A stretch of DNA of 63,909 bases, filler included, from Welwitschia mirabilis (Eukaryota), in assembly GCA_051453625.1 (NCBI GenBank). It is 7 parts of one record of this genome, joined end to end, with 100 filler letters (N's around TTAATTAATTAA, not from the genome) between each part and the next. Parts side by side here need not be neighbours in the genome. Positions count along the whole stretch, not along the records: positions 1 to 14,063 come from JBOZIK010000001.1; positions 14,164 to 20,341 come from JBOZIK010000001.1; positions 20,442 to 35,323 come from JBOZIK010000001.1; 4 more parts are not named here. One strand, written 5' to 3'. The translations under genes and the position numbers were made by a program. Shown in pieces: positions 11,966-25,386 of this stretch. The notes below the pieces were generated by a model. The model had not been told where the DNA came from, did not search any database, and worked only from the letters and a program-made list of their open reading frames with translations. The stretch's first letter is position 1. Each line of letters starts with the position of its first letter.

Positions 11966-13995
11966 AATTAGCCTTGCCTCTTGCTCTATTATTGTCTGCT
12001 CTTATTTCAAGAAACTCGACATCTGAAGGATCCATCTTAGGCTCCATTTTGATAGCTTGTGCTCCTAATATAACGACGAAGATCTACAAGACTTTTTACT
12101 TGGAGGATTATCATGATCAATTGCATCATGGTCTACTTCATCATCAATCCACTCAATGTCCTTGCATCTCTTCTATTGTCATTAATTAAATCCACCATGG
12201 CATTTTCTATAGGCATTGGGACTCTAAATTTGATTTTCATATTATAATAGAGATATACACATTTATCCAATCTTCTACATGGTTAATTTAGTTCGCTTCT
12301 TTATGTAGACATGCTCAAGTGCACTCCAATTTCTTTCACACCCAGTAGCACTACAAGGTTGGCTAAATATTTTTATTGCCAATTTTCCAAGTTTAGGTGT
12401 GGAATTGCCCTATTCTTCCCACCATATATCTGCAAAATCATAGCACACATGAGCAAACAACTGTAAACAATCTGTTAGCTCAAATGCTAAATGATAATAC
12501 AACTTAAATAACAACTTTGTTTTACTTATAGATACTCTCAACTTGCCTACGAGTAAGAGCCTTACTAAGCAAGGGCACTTCTTATTTCACAAATTAGTGA
12601 AGCTACTTAATGATGACCTTGTACTCATCGATGTCATGAACTAGCTTCTCCAATGTGTCACGGGAGCCTAACTTAACTTAGGAATCAGCCTCATATTCTA
12701 CACCCTCCTAAGCATAAACAAATCTAGGGTTCAAATGGTGTAGACCTGCATGTAAAGGTCTATGCAATTGTTCCATCTATGGTCAATGTCATCCCAATAC
12801 GGCTTGTATCATCCCCTATCAATATTATAATAATGTGCAATGGCTTCCTTGGCTTGGTCCATTGCCTCGTATATCTTTGACATAGGACAATCCTCATCAA
12901 TAATGCAAAGTACATGGACAAAGGGCTCAACAATGTACATAAAGAAAAGAAAAACAAAAATAATGTCGCTCAAGTTCTCAAGGAAAGAAGATTAAAAAAT
13001 TTAAAACTAAACTATTAAGCAAAGTACCTCAATCTAGAAGCAGTTATAAAATATGGATTGATGGTTTGCTTTGACAGACACCTTTTCCCAAAAGTTCTTA
13101 TTTTTGTAAATTAAGTCATTCACTTCCCTACCCTTCGAAGAAGTATTGTATTGGATGAAATCTTCTCCATGCCGCCAACTATCAGAAGCAAATTCTTGCA
13201 TAAGTTGTAAGAGTTTGCTCTTCAAGATCTTTGGTATGAGGAAGTGTGTGGCAAATTGAGTGGTTGCAAGCTTGACAAGGACTTTCCCTCCAGTGTCTCC
13301 TCACAAGACTTACTACAATTCTGTGATTATAAATAAATTTTCCAATTTGTTTCACTCCATTTATGGCTTGCATAAGTCATTAATAAGTTATTAGTTTGAA
13401 TTTTTTTGAAAATTCAATTAAACACCAAGATACTAGTTAAAATATTAAATATAGTACCTTTGTAATCCACTTAAACTTAAATAAGTCTTCTAATAACAGA
13501 TTTAGACAATGAGCTGCACAAGAATAAAGGGAAATGTCCTCATCAACTCCTCCACCACCTTCACATAGTTGGTTGCATTTTCTGCTATCAATTGCATAAC
13601 ATTTGTTGTCCTAACAAAGTTTACAATCTCCTCAAATAATGTAAGTAGATAATCTGATTTCTTAACATGATCAGATGCATCCACAGATTTGATGAACATT
13701 GGTCCTCCCTCTAGAGGTGGTCCATCCATTGGCCATAAAAGAATCTATACATCTCTTAGACAATTTACAAGATTCAATGATTCCTAATGTTATCTTATAT
13801 TTTCATATAAATATTTAATAAAGCTCACAAATCAAGAAGTTTTAAAAAGAATTTATAAAGCATTAAAATACAACTCAAAACAATTTTTTACTCTATGTTT
13901 CACAATTAATTTAGCTATGTCCCCTGCACAATCATCAAAAGGTGGTCCTTGTAGTTGTTGATATGTAGGTGCTTTGAATCATGCACCTATGTTGC
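11920..13995 (-). pseudogene. hAT-superfamily transposase pseudogene (DUF659-type with C-terminal dimerisation domain)
   Basis: FKAPTYQQLQGP (~13940-13980), FIKSVDASDHVK...ENATNY (13502-13729), and WWEE*GNSTPKLGKLAIKIFSQPCSATGCERNWS (~12322-12425), with intron-like AT-rich spacers. Confidence 0.85.
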
Positions 13996-14163
13996 AGAAA
14001 ATATTTTCAATGATGAAGTTTCTAGCTCAAGAAAACAAGAAGTTATCAGCTAGGGACGTCCGANNNNNNNNNNNNNNNNNNNNNNNNNNNNNNNNNNNNN
14101 NNNNNNNTTAATTAATTAANNNNNNNNNNNNNNNNNNNNNNNNNNNNNNNNNNNNNNNNNNNN

Positions 14164-16658
14164 TGTTTCTTCTAAAATTCACTCTTCTACTTTTATCAAT
14201 CACATAATCTGATCAAAAATCAGACGAGAGAGTAACTTTAGGCAATAAACCTTTAGAAACAAGTACCTGTAAACTTATTTTGCTTAGATGCCCAAGATGC
14301 GTGTGTTAAGTACATGTTGTAACTTCTCCACTAGCCACATAAGCTGAAATACTAGGATTAACAGAATGTAAAACATACATGGTACCTTTTCTATTCCCAA
14401 AAGCAATTACCAATGCTCCTTTGCTCATTTTCCAAGAACTGCTATCAAACATGGTTGTAAAACCACCATCACTAAGCTGACCAGCTGAGATTATATTCTT
14501 TGCTNNNNNNNNNNNNNNNNNNNNNNNNNNNNNNNNNNNNNNNNNNNNNNNNNNNNNNNNNNNNNNNNNNNNNNNNNNNNNNNNNNNNNNNNNNNNNNNN
14601 NNNNATCAGAATGAATTAATTCTAATCTATGTTGTTTTAAACGCTTACTGTTTCTTCTAAAATTCACTCTTTTACTTTTACTAATTACACAATCTAAACA
14701 GAAATCAGAAGAGAGAGAACCTGTAGGTAATAGACCTTTAGAAATAAGTACCTATAGACCTATTTCACTTAGATGCCCAAGATGCTTGTGCTAAGTACAT
14801 GCTGCAACTTCTCCACTGGCCACACAAGCTGAACTACCAGGATTAATAGATCGTAAAACATACATGGTACCTTCTCTGCTCCCATGGGCAATCACCAAAG
14901 CTCCTTTGCTGATTTTTCAAGAACTGCTATCAAACATGGTTGTAAAACCACCATCACTAAGCTGACCAACTGAGATTATATTCTTTGCTAAACTTGAAAC
15001 ATGTTTGACATTGGTCAAAATGATGGTCTGACCATTTTATCTCATGAGGACAACCGTTCCTTTGTCTTTGATCTCATACTTACGGTCATCTTCCAACCAA
15101 ACACATGAACCATCTGCGATAAATTCATAAGAAGAAAAGAATGCTTTACTTAAGAAAACATGAAATGAGACACTAGGATCAATTATCCAAACCTATGAAA
15201 TCGAGTACGCAGAGATATTAACATCTCCTCCCTATGTTAATAAAGTAATGTCAGCTCCACTATCCAAAGGTAGAGCAGAACTGGAAGCGTCCTTATTCTT
15301 TTCATCCCTCTTCTTACATTTATCTTTAAGCTTCCAACAATCTTTTATCATATGTTCTTTCTGCTTACAGTAATGGCAGTCAATGTCCCTGTCTTAGGAC
15401 CTTGTTGTACTCTTGCTTCTACTATGTCCTCCCCTAAATTGCGAACATCCTATATGAGCTGCCAAATCCTCTTCTTGTTTCTCACTGCTGGATGAACCAA
15501 ATGCATTCTACCTTTCTATATCCAATAACATTACTATAATTTTTTCAAGAGTTAAACTATTCTTACCTATAGATGTTAAAATCAAGGTTCCAATAATCAA
15601 CCAACTCTGAGGTAATGAAATCAAGATAACAATAATCCACATCTCCTCCGTAAAAGTAATCTCAAGATCATCGATTTATGAAAATATGTTTTGCATCTCA
15701 TTTAAATGACTCAAAAATTTTGTTCCTTCTTTCATCTTTATTGTAAAAGCTTAGCTAACAACCACATACTTATTTATCATAGAAGGCTAATCATACTGGT
15801 CTTTCAACTTTTGTCAAAGTTTGTACATAGTCAGAACTCTCAAATGACCTTCAAAATGCTATTGTTGAGATAGGGGCGAATAAAAGACAAGGCATTCGAA
15901 TTTATCTCGTCTCATTTAGCATATGGCATTAAGGCCAACCAAGCATCCTCATCTATCTTCAGATCTGCCTTTGCTTGTGCTTTTGTCTCTAGAGCAAGCT
16001 TACATCTCTTTTGCTGCAAAATGTCTTCCATCAAGATTTTCCACACACCCTAGTTTTCTGGGACCAAAAATCTATCTGTTATTTGCAAACGCTCCATTTG
16101 AAACCATAGCACTTTGATCTGAACTTATGAAGAAAATTTTCACTTACACGCTTCGCGTGCTTTGTAAAAGGGCTTGCTATGCTCATAACCTACTCATGAA
16201 AATGCCCTCTCTGATTACCTACTTAGTTTAATAAAAGTGTCTCAATAGATTCTGTCTTGGTTTGCTACCTCCATTCCATAGGCCGTAAGCAAATGACACA
16301 AAGGGCCTCTAAAAGAGATTCAAATGGAAAGTACTTCAAACCTCACTCTAATACCACTTGTTATAAATCTAACAACAAGAAAGTACTTAAACAAAATGGA
16401 ATAGTAGGCACACAAAAGGAGCAATACAGAATTTACGTGGTTTAGGCTCTTATTATCCTACGTCCACGAGAAGTAATGCAGAGATCTATTAATTCATTAG
16501 GAGCAAATGTGTCTAGATCCGACAAACAACTCTTTAACAGGTTTATATAGCTCTAAGGTTAGGGTTACAAGCCAGTCCACTTTATAACTTTAAATAGGGA
16601 TCAATGTTAAAACATAACATTACAATATAAAATATATATTTGGCTCCACATATCAATA
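14164..16658 (-). mobile_element. Ty1/copia (Tork/Tnt1-like) 5' half: short LTR (~16359-16658), PBS, gag, protease, GAG-pre-integrase; rest lost in the gap
   Basis: On -: ...TTTATAACA AG TGGTATTAGAG (PBS ~16346-16356), zinc knuckle CHYCKQKEHMIKDCW, protease WIIDPSVSFH, HLGHLS and LIHSD. Confidence 0.85.
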
Positions 16659-16659
16659 A

Positions 16660-19600
16660 AACTATCCTATTAGTACTTAGAAAAACAAACTTTCACTCTC
16701 ATCAAGGCATTGAATAAGTTCTTACACTATACCTTTATAGTCAAGGTATTAACGATAGTTAGTGGATCATCAGTGAAGGCTTTATTAGAAGAGAAGGACT
16801 TGAATTTGAGGAGATGAAACTGGATCTTAAAGTTATAAGAATATGATATTCATCTCTTACTTACTAATCTAGTCAAATAGAGGGGTCTAGTAAGAGACCT
16901 CCTGATAGCTCATACAAAAGAAGAAGAAGCTTAGCTAGGTAAGACTCTCCCTTTCCCTACTATCTTTGCAAAATTTTTAGTTAATTCTTAGTATGAGTTC
17001 ATCTACCTCCATCTTATTAATGGATCCCTTCTAAATAATAACTCCATATCATTTAGAAAGTCATTTAGAGTAAAGGCAGCTAGATTCATAATAAAGAATG
17101 AAGTCCTTTTTCATAGGAATTATGACAATTTTTATCTCTAATGTGTTATCTAAGAAGAAGCCAAGGAGCTACTATAAGAGTTCCATAACTAGATGGATGA
17201 AGGTCACACCTCTATTAGGATACTAACAACATATTACTAGCCTACTAGGATGAAAGATGTATTTATACATGTCTAAACTTGTGATATCTGCTAGTGATTC
17301 ACACTAAGGGTTTACACGTTAGTCTACCTCTGCTTTCAAGCTTTCAAACATGAACCTTTGCTAAGTGGACATTAGACTCCATTAGTGAGTTCTACCCTTC
17401 TTTCTCTACTATTTACTCTCTTATCCTCACTATTATTAGTTATTTGACATGGTGGATGAAGGTTGAACCTACTTGGTAACTGCACATAAACATAATTATT
17501 GATCTTCTGGAGAAGAATATCATTACCTACTTGGGCATCCTTATTCATTATCCGATGATAACGGGAAGGCCTTAACTTCTATCTGCACAGAGTGATACTA
17601 TGACTTCCAAATTTTCTTAAAGACTTGCATGAAGTGCTACTCCTAAGAGCATAAACTGGTGGAGTCTTCTAACAGAAACCTACTTGTGGGGATAAAGATG
17701 GTGATTGTATCATCCTTCCCCTTTCACTAATAAGAGAAGAAACAACCTTAGACTTTTATAAAGGCATGAAATCCACCATTCAGAAAACACCAAGGAGTTA
17801 ACACCCCTTATCAAGTATGTCTTATGGGCTGATAGATTGAGATACAAGGTCAGTGTTAAATCTAGTATCTACTACTTGGTATATGGCTAAAGACCTTGCC
17901 TCCCCATCTAGCTTTGGCTATAAAATTATAACTTCATGAAGGCATACCTAAATCTCTCATAGTTTTAATCAGATATGAAGCTAACCCTTTTAAAATTGTG
18001 AGACATACGGGATGAAGCTCTTCATGCCATTCTTAAATATTATAATTTCATAAAGAGGTGGTTTAATAAAAGGGCTACTCTCAAAGGATTTCACATTAGA
18101 AGCCTAATTCTAACAAGAGGTAAACCAGCAGAAAAGATGGAAGTACACTAGAATTTCATCCCTCTCTAACTAGGATCTTATTAGAGATCTTATTAGATAG
18201 CCTTCTTTATAGAAGACTGGGACTATAAACTAGCAAACCTACAAGAGAGGGAACTGCCAAATACTTACAATGGCTTTCACCTCTATTATTATTTCAAAAC
18301 CCTCCTAGGCATATCCTACACATGATGAGTAATTAAAAGTATGTAAATATGTATATAGTACTTTTCCAATTTTCAAAAGTTAGAAGTTTTTGAATTTAGT
18401 TTCTTTCAAGTTAGTATCTAATCCCTCATCAATTTCTTCCTCCTCTCCTCCATCATGGATTTCTATAGTTGGGTAATTGTTATATCGTAATATGACCTCT
18501 ACCCTTGAGGGATCCATCACTTTCTATCCCCATCTTCTTCTTCTCTACTCCCCTCGCCTACTTTTCCCCTTTTCTTCCCCTTTCTCCTCTTCTCCCTACC
18601 CTTTTTCCTTCTCCTCTCTTCTCCCTTTCTTTTCTCCTATCCCCAACTTCTTCTTAGCCCTTTATTACCTCATGAACCCTAAATTTCCATGCTTAAGCAT
18701 GAAATCCCTTCAATTCCATGCCTAAGGCTTGATAACCCCTTAAATTCCATGTTTAAGGCATAGAAAACATCTTGCTCCCACTGTTTTATCCCTTCGTCAT
18801 CGCCCCTAGGATTTTAACTTCTCTTTGAGAATGAAAATTTCATGTTTTAGCATGAAAATAAGATTATTCTCCTTCAGAGTAGTTTAATTATATCACAAAA
18901 GAAGAAAGAGTTGGTTAAGGATGTTACATGGATCAAGTTATCAGCAAAGAACCTTCTACATCAAGTGATAAGTTAATTTGCAGCTCTGACCTTAAGGCAC
19001 ATTTCCATAATTCTTTTCCTTCTTATATCTTCTCTTCCTCTCCTTCCTACTCTCCTTTTTTCTCTCCTCTCTTCCTCCTTCTTCTTCCTTCCCCTCACTT
19101 TTTCTTTCTTCTTTGCTTCCTCCTTTCTTTCTATATTTGTCTTTCTATTCTTCTCCCTTCTTCTTTACTTCACTTTTCTTCTCCTTTCTATTTCTTCTTC
19201 TCTCTCATGTTTCCCCCTTTTATCCATCATCTCTTCCTTCATTTCCCTCTCTCTCTTCTTTTCGCCACCATTTTTTCTCTTTTCCATTTTTCCTATCCTT
19301 TTCCTTCCTCCTTTTTCCTATCTTATTTTTCTTATTTCTCTTCTCTTTATAAATCATATCTAACCTCCCCTATTCATTCCCTCCCTAGAATTCCATGTCA
19401 TGGATGTGAAACCCTTCCTCCTTTCACATCTTGGGTATGGAATTTTAGGATTTGATGCCTAGGCATGGAAGCGCCTTAAACACCTGACCCCTCTTTTTGA
19501 CGATTTCTACCCTGATACCCCTCAAATCGAATTTTCTTAGTCCCTCTCTTCCTTTATTGCATTTTGCCAATTGGGGAATCCTTCCTCGCTAATTTTCCCT

Positions 19601-20340
19601 TTTAATTCTTAGCTCTTTACCATTAGTATAGAGTTTTCTTCACCTCATCCTTCATTTACAAGATTTTACCTATTGCGATTCATTGATTTGAATTTCAAAA
19701 GAGTTCTAAGGTCTCATTAAACCATTAGAATAAACTAGAGTCAAGTAAGCATGCCTGTGAAATTATACCACAAGGTGAGCACCAATTTAATTACTATGAA
19801 GGGTACCACTATTTAGATGGGATGATCCTTTTTTACATCATTAAGAACTAACAGATAAGTATAATCATATTGAGTATCATAAACACCACTTTATGAGAGT
19901 CACTACTAATCTAGAGCTATTCAAGAGGTTTTACCTAGACACCATCACTTTACCTCCTTCTCATTCCTCCATGTCACTCCCTCTTATGTGCTTCTTGCTC
20001 AAACGGGTAGTTTTTCTGTTCTCTCCCACTTCTAGATCCACATACTTAGGGGATCCTTTTAACATTCTCTCTTCATTTCTGATGCCTCCTCTAGTTTGAT
20101 TATCTCTTCATGAACTAGATGTGCCCTTCCTCTATCTGCATTCTAGATAACCAACTTAAACTCTACAACAACTCTAACTTTAGGTTAGTAGAACAAAACA
20201 TCCCCTCCACCTGTGGAAGACATGAGAAGAAGAACTAAGTGATCTCCTTTTTGCATGTATTTCTCCGAGTCATTTATAGTTTATCAGTTTGTTTTCTAAT
20301 GTAATACTCTAGCTCCTCCTTATCCTACCCCAAAAGGAAG
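16660..20340 (+). mobile_element. Decayed Ty3/gypsy (Tat/Ogre-like) integrase region and 3' non-coding region
   Basis: Remnants LFHRNYDNFYL*CV (~17105, like LYRRSFDG.LLRC), YLTWWMKVEP (like YFTKWVEA.P), DNG (~17557), then pyrimidine tracts and TTCCATGCCTAAGGCATGGAA-type palindromes. Confidence 0.55.
19000..19390 (+). repeat. Low-complexity C/T-rich tract
   Basis: Nearly pure pyrimidine composition. The F/S/L/P-rich ORFs here are compositional artefacts. Confidence 0.9.
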
Positions 20341-20441
20341 ANNNNNNNNNNNNNNNNNNNNNNNNNNNNNNNNNNNNNNNNNNNNTTAATTAATTAANNN
20401 NNNNNNNNNNNNNNNNNNNNNNNNNNNNNNNNNNNNNNNNN

Positions 20442-20602
20442 AGATACATTATTATTAATTAAATTAACTAAACCTATCCTAATACTAGGTTATTAAAGGT
20501 TTAAGGGAAAGGTATAGAAGTTAAAAGAACCCAAGTACAAACGAACATAAAGGCTATTGGTGGAAACCTTACATGAAGGTATAAATGCATGATGATATAC
20601 CC
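20442..20602 (+). repeat. ~160 bp direct repeat of 23783-23942
   Basis: agatacattattattaatt...gcatgatgatatacc occurs at both places with a few substitutions. Confidence 0.9.
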
Positions 20603-21650
20603 TTGGAAAATAAGCATTGTTATCTCTTCTATATATATATATATATATATATTGTTATCTCTTCTAAGATGAGGGNNNNNNNNNNNNNNNNNNNNNNNNN
20701 NNNNNNNNNNNNNNNNNNNNNNNNNNNNNNNNNNNNNNNNNNNNNNNNNNNNNNNNNNNNNNNNNNNNNNNNNNNNNNNNNNNNNNNNNNNNNNNNNNNN
20801 NNNNNNNNNNNNNNNNNNNNNNNNNNNNNNNNNNNNNNNNNNNNNNNNNNNNNNNNNNNNNNNNNNNNNNNNNNNNNNNNNNNNNNNNNNNNNNNNNNNN
20901 NNNNNNNNNNNNNNNNNNNNNNNNNNNNNNNNNNNNNNNNNNNNNNNNNNNNNNNNNNNNNNNNNNNNNNNNNNNNNNNNNNNNNNNNNNNNNNTGAGTT
21001 AGGCATCACCCATAGCTTTTACACTATTCCCAGATTACTTTGCACCTTAAGGGAAATTGTTTTGGGTATCGGGTTTCTGGCTTTCCTCAGAAACATCCTC
21101 CCCTTGAAAAATAAGCATTGTTATCTCTTTTAAGATGAGGGAAGAGAATCTGCATCAATAACTAGTTTTACTAAGATTATCTCCTCAAGATAAAATTAAA
21201 AAATTCACATAAGCCAAAATCATATCCAATATTAACTTTATGTTATTTTAACACTTAAATTGATTGTCACAACTCCAATTATAATGTAAATGATTTGAAA
21301 ATAGAATTTTCATATTAAGTAGCCATCAAACCCATAAAAGAATAAACTTTATAAATGATTTTATGAATCTTTCTACATTCTTTTAATCCAAATTAATTCA
21401 AATAAAAACAAAACTTTTCTCTTATCAAACACGCCTATGATGGTGACTTTATCATAATAAATTCAAAACAAATAAGCAATACTCACATTCATTTTGTAAA
21501 TTCCTTTGAATACAAAATAACAAATTCTAATAAACTAATGATAAAAAAATGCATGAATCACTTATAGATCAATTCTTTTATGATCTAAATGAGATTTTGA
21601 CACCAAGAGTGATAACATTACAAAATAATCTAAACAAACATAAAAAAAAG

Positions 21651-23609
21651 TTTCTTTATTGAAAACCTTCTCAAAGAAACTCAAACTAATGCTACACAAG
21701 TTAATCAACTTATCAGATAAAAAATTAGAGAAAGACAGATGTTTGCTATTTAATTAAGTCGTGTCCATTATAGGATGTCAAGCTAGCACCTCTTTGTTAT
21801 GATAGTTTTTTCTTTAGTTTTTTATTGAAAATTAATCAAGGCAAATGCATTTGCAAAACATAAATCTATATGTAATTATAGAAAATTGAAAACTTTATCC
21901 TTTACATTTGATACCGCAGCTCTAAATAAAATGATAAAACCACAAATTTTAGAAATTTGTAGATTTAATGAAGGAATTTAAGAAATACTCAGGTTTAACT
22001 TCTATTTTTTGATGAATCTGGACCTTTAATAGCAAGCAAAAACAAAAAAAAAATCAAGCTCCAAAGATAACAAGAAGACAAAAATCTAAGTTTGTTTTGT
22101 CAAACCTAAACAATAAGTATAACAATAAGCATTTATAAGCAAAGAGATGCTAATATTGCTAGATTAAGTAGAATATCGCAATAGACTTGGAGAAAATTAC
22201 TGAATGTTATGTCAAAATAGGATATAATCCAAGAGAATAGTGCATACTAATAGTAACTGATAGAGTAAAGCAAACATTAAGAAAAGATAATGGGTTACTA
22301 TGTTCATCTCTGTCAGTGGTAGTGGTATAAAGAATGAAAACACACAAGGCAGAGCAAAAAAGAAAGTTGAATATTTTATTGCAGATCTTGTTTTTCTTGT
22401 AAGCTAGAATGATATTTTCAGAAGATACATCATTATTTGTCATTGACTGGATGAATTAACACTTGCAACTAAAAATGTGAGTCAGGGTGAGTGCAATGAT
22501 TTGAAGCAGATATTTAACTACATTAGATAAATCATTTCATTTGATGTAAAGGGTAGTGTAATTGTGGCTAAATAAAAACAATTTTTTTTTATTGCAAACC
22601 TTCTCAAAGACATTCAAACTAATGCTACATATGTTAATTAACTTCTTAGTTAGAAACTTAAAGAAAGACAAATGCTTACTATTTAATCAAGTCAAGTTCA
22701 TTACAAGATGTCAAGTTAACACCTCTTTATCATGATAGTTTTTTATTTAGTTTTTTATTGAAAATTAATTAAGGCAAAAGCATTTGCAAAACAAAAATCT
22801 AGATATAGTCGTAGGAAATTAAAAACTTCATCTTTCACACTTGATATTTTATCTCTAAATAAAATGAGAAAATTGCATATTTTAGAAATTTATAGATTTG
22901 ATTAAAGGAATTTAAGAAACAGTTAGATCCAACTTCCATTTTTTAGTGAATCTGGATCTTCAATAGCAAGCAAGAAAATAAATCAAGCTCCAAAGATAAC
23001 AAGAAGATAAGAATCAAAGTTTGTTTCATGAAACGTAAACAATAAGTACAACAATAAGCATTTACAGGCAAGGACATGCTAAAATTACTAAATTAAGAAG
23101 AATATAGCAATAGCCTCAGAGAAAAATGCTAAATGTTATCTCAAAATAGGATATAATCCAAGAGAATAATGAATACTTACAACAACAGATACAATGAAGT
23201 AAATAGTTAAAAAAGATTATTGGTTGTTTTGTTCATCTGTGTTAGTGGCAGTGATATGAAGAATGGAAACAAATAAGGTAGTGCATACTTACAATAACTG
23301 ATACAGTGAAGCAAATAGTTAAAAAACATTATTAGTTGTTTTGTTCTTCTATGTTAATGGCAGTGATATGAAGAATGGAAACAAATAAGATAGAGAAAAA
23401 AAAGAAAGTAGAATGTTTTATTATAGATCCCATTTTTCTTGTAAGCTATAATGATATTTTCATAAGATACATCATTGTTTACCATTGATTGGATGAATTG
23501 ACACTTGCAGCTAAAAATGTGAGTCATAATGATTACAATGATTTGTAGCAGATATCTAATTGCAATAGATGAATCATTCCATTTGATGTAAAGGGTAGCG
23601 TAATTATGG
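21651..23609 (+). repeat. Diverged tandem duplication (~920 bp and ~1020 bp units); the second unit has an internal ~110 bp duplication; probably a very old gypsy RT/RNase H remnant
   Basis: Units start tttattg(a/c)aaaccttctcaaaga (~21655, ~22588) and end ttgatgtaaagggtag.gtaatt.tgg (22567, 23609). Internal repeat 23174-23281 / 23286-23392. Confidence 0.8.
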
Positions 23610-24549
23610 AGGAGGTCATAGACTATCCTTCATTAGCGTCCATCTCAAGTATTATTAGGAGAAGATGCTTTTATTGAAAAAGTTTAACATGAAGTGAAGG
23701 GTACATACCTTTATTGAGAGATAAGAAAGGATAGACCACTAATCAGCATCCTCATTTGTCTTGTTGATAAGATATTATTTTAAGATACATTATTATTAAT
23801 TAAATTAACTAAACCTATCCTAATACTAAGTTATTGGAGGCTTAAGGAAAAGGTATAGAAGTTAAAAGAACCTAAGCACAAACGAACATAAAGGCTATTG
23901 GTGGAAACCTTACATGAAGGTATAAATGCATGATGATATACCATGGAAGAGTAATGTCCTAAATAAAACTACTTAGGCTAAATCTAAGGAGTAAACCTAA
24001 CGTTACACATTAGTCAATATGCAACAAGTTCAAAACCATGAACTCTTTAATGAAAGATAAGCCTCCTACTGGTTGGAATACCATCTCATTAGTAAAAGAG
24101 CCATAAACATATTGGATAGCATAAGAGGACTTAGAACTTGAGAAACTAGGATACTTTTCCTAACAAACGATCATGAGAAACTTGAAATGATAGTAAGATA
24201 TAGGAAACAATATGTGAAGACCTAGAGAAATAGTCAAATATGTATTGGATATTACAATTTGTCTTACTACCATTATAATAAGTTCATAAATATCTTGAAC
24301 ATTTCTCTCAACATAACGCTCGAGCCCACAACTTCGCTTTCACTAAATTCCCTACTTTTCTAATTTTCAAAATTCTAATACTAAATAAGTTATTATACCA
24401 CTAACGAGATCATGATAGAGATATATTGACAAAAGCTCTATATTGACAAAAGCAACCCAACAAAACTATGGCACAAAAGTGCCAACTACAATTGAAATAA
24501 AATAAAGGAGAAACGGAGGGAGCACCGATAGCTTCCACTCAAAGCACAG

Positions 24550-24560
24550 GTGGGCCCCAC
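24550..24560. promoter_or_regulatory. Candidate TCP-binding / site II element about 225 bp upstream of the AN start codon
   Basis: GTGGGCCCCAC contains both TGGGCC and GGNCCCAC. Motif match only. Confidence 0.3.
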
Positions 24561-24780
24561 CTCTGATCCCTTCGCATGACATCAAAATAATTGGAGTTCG
24601 AAAATAAATAAATAAACACATAAATAATGCAATTAAAAAATAAAGAAAAGACCACGCCAACGAGAAAGGCTAAGCGTCCGCTTGCTGAAGGACAATTCCC
24701 GAATCCGGCGAATCATCGGGCTGCTGTCTGCAACATTTTCCCATTCTCCTGCAGAATCCTCTCATTCTTAGCAGTCGGAC

Positions 24781-25386
24781 ATGGTTTCTGCCAAGACGGA
24801 AACACAATCATGGAGAACTCGAAGCAGCGCAAGCGCAAACGGAAACGTAGACTCTTTACCAGTGGTCGTGGCGCTGAACTGCCTAGAGGATTGCAGCCTG
24901 GAACAAGAGGCCCTCAAAGGCCTTGCTTTCGTCCGTCATGTTGAGCTTTCGCGCCTCGCAGAGGGCCGCATTGAGACCGCAGTTGCAGTGCTCCTCCATT
25001 CCCTTGCGTATCTGCCGCGGGCCGCCCAAAGGCGCCTTCAGAGATGGCAGATAATACTGTGCCTTGGTTCCACTGATAAGGCTGTAGATTCTGCCATCGC
25101 AGCCGATCTTGGCCTGCAGCTGCTTCATGTTGATACCAGCCGTGCCGAGGAGGTAGCCGATACTGTAATGGCTTTGATTTTAGGGTTGCTTCGTCACACA
25201 CATGTTCTCTCCCGTCAAGGCCTTTCGACTTCCGGATGGCTAGGGTCTCTGCAACCCCTGTGCCGCGGAATGCACCGCTGTCGCGGCCTCGTCCTCGGAA
25301 TTATAGGCCGATCCGCGTCCGCCTGCGCGCTTGCTGCTCGTAGCATTTCGTTTAAGATGCGCGTTCTTTATTATGATTTCGATCAG
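24781..25386 (+). CDS. AN: ANGUSTIFOLIA (CtBP/BARS-like protein), coding exon 1 (202 codons)
   Basis: LPVVVALNCLEDCSLEQ, LLHSLAYLPRAAQRRL, HVDTSRAEEVADTVMALILGLLR, GWLGSLQPLCRGM.RCRGLVLGIIGRSASA. GC/CpG-rich. Ends CAG|GTAATG, phase 0. Confidence 0.95.

Noticed and set aside
18477..19455. Hydrophobic F/S/L/P-rich ORFs that look like membrane proteins
   Set aside because: Translation of a pyrimidine low-complexity tract inside a gypsy relic
21600..24300. Endogenous pararetrovirus as the origin of the A-rich upstream region
   Set aside because: No movement-protein or caulimovirid RT motif recognised. The faint motifs fit gypsy pol better.
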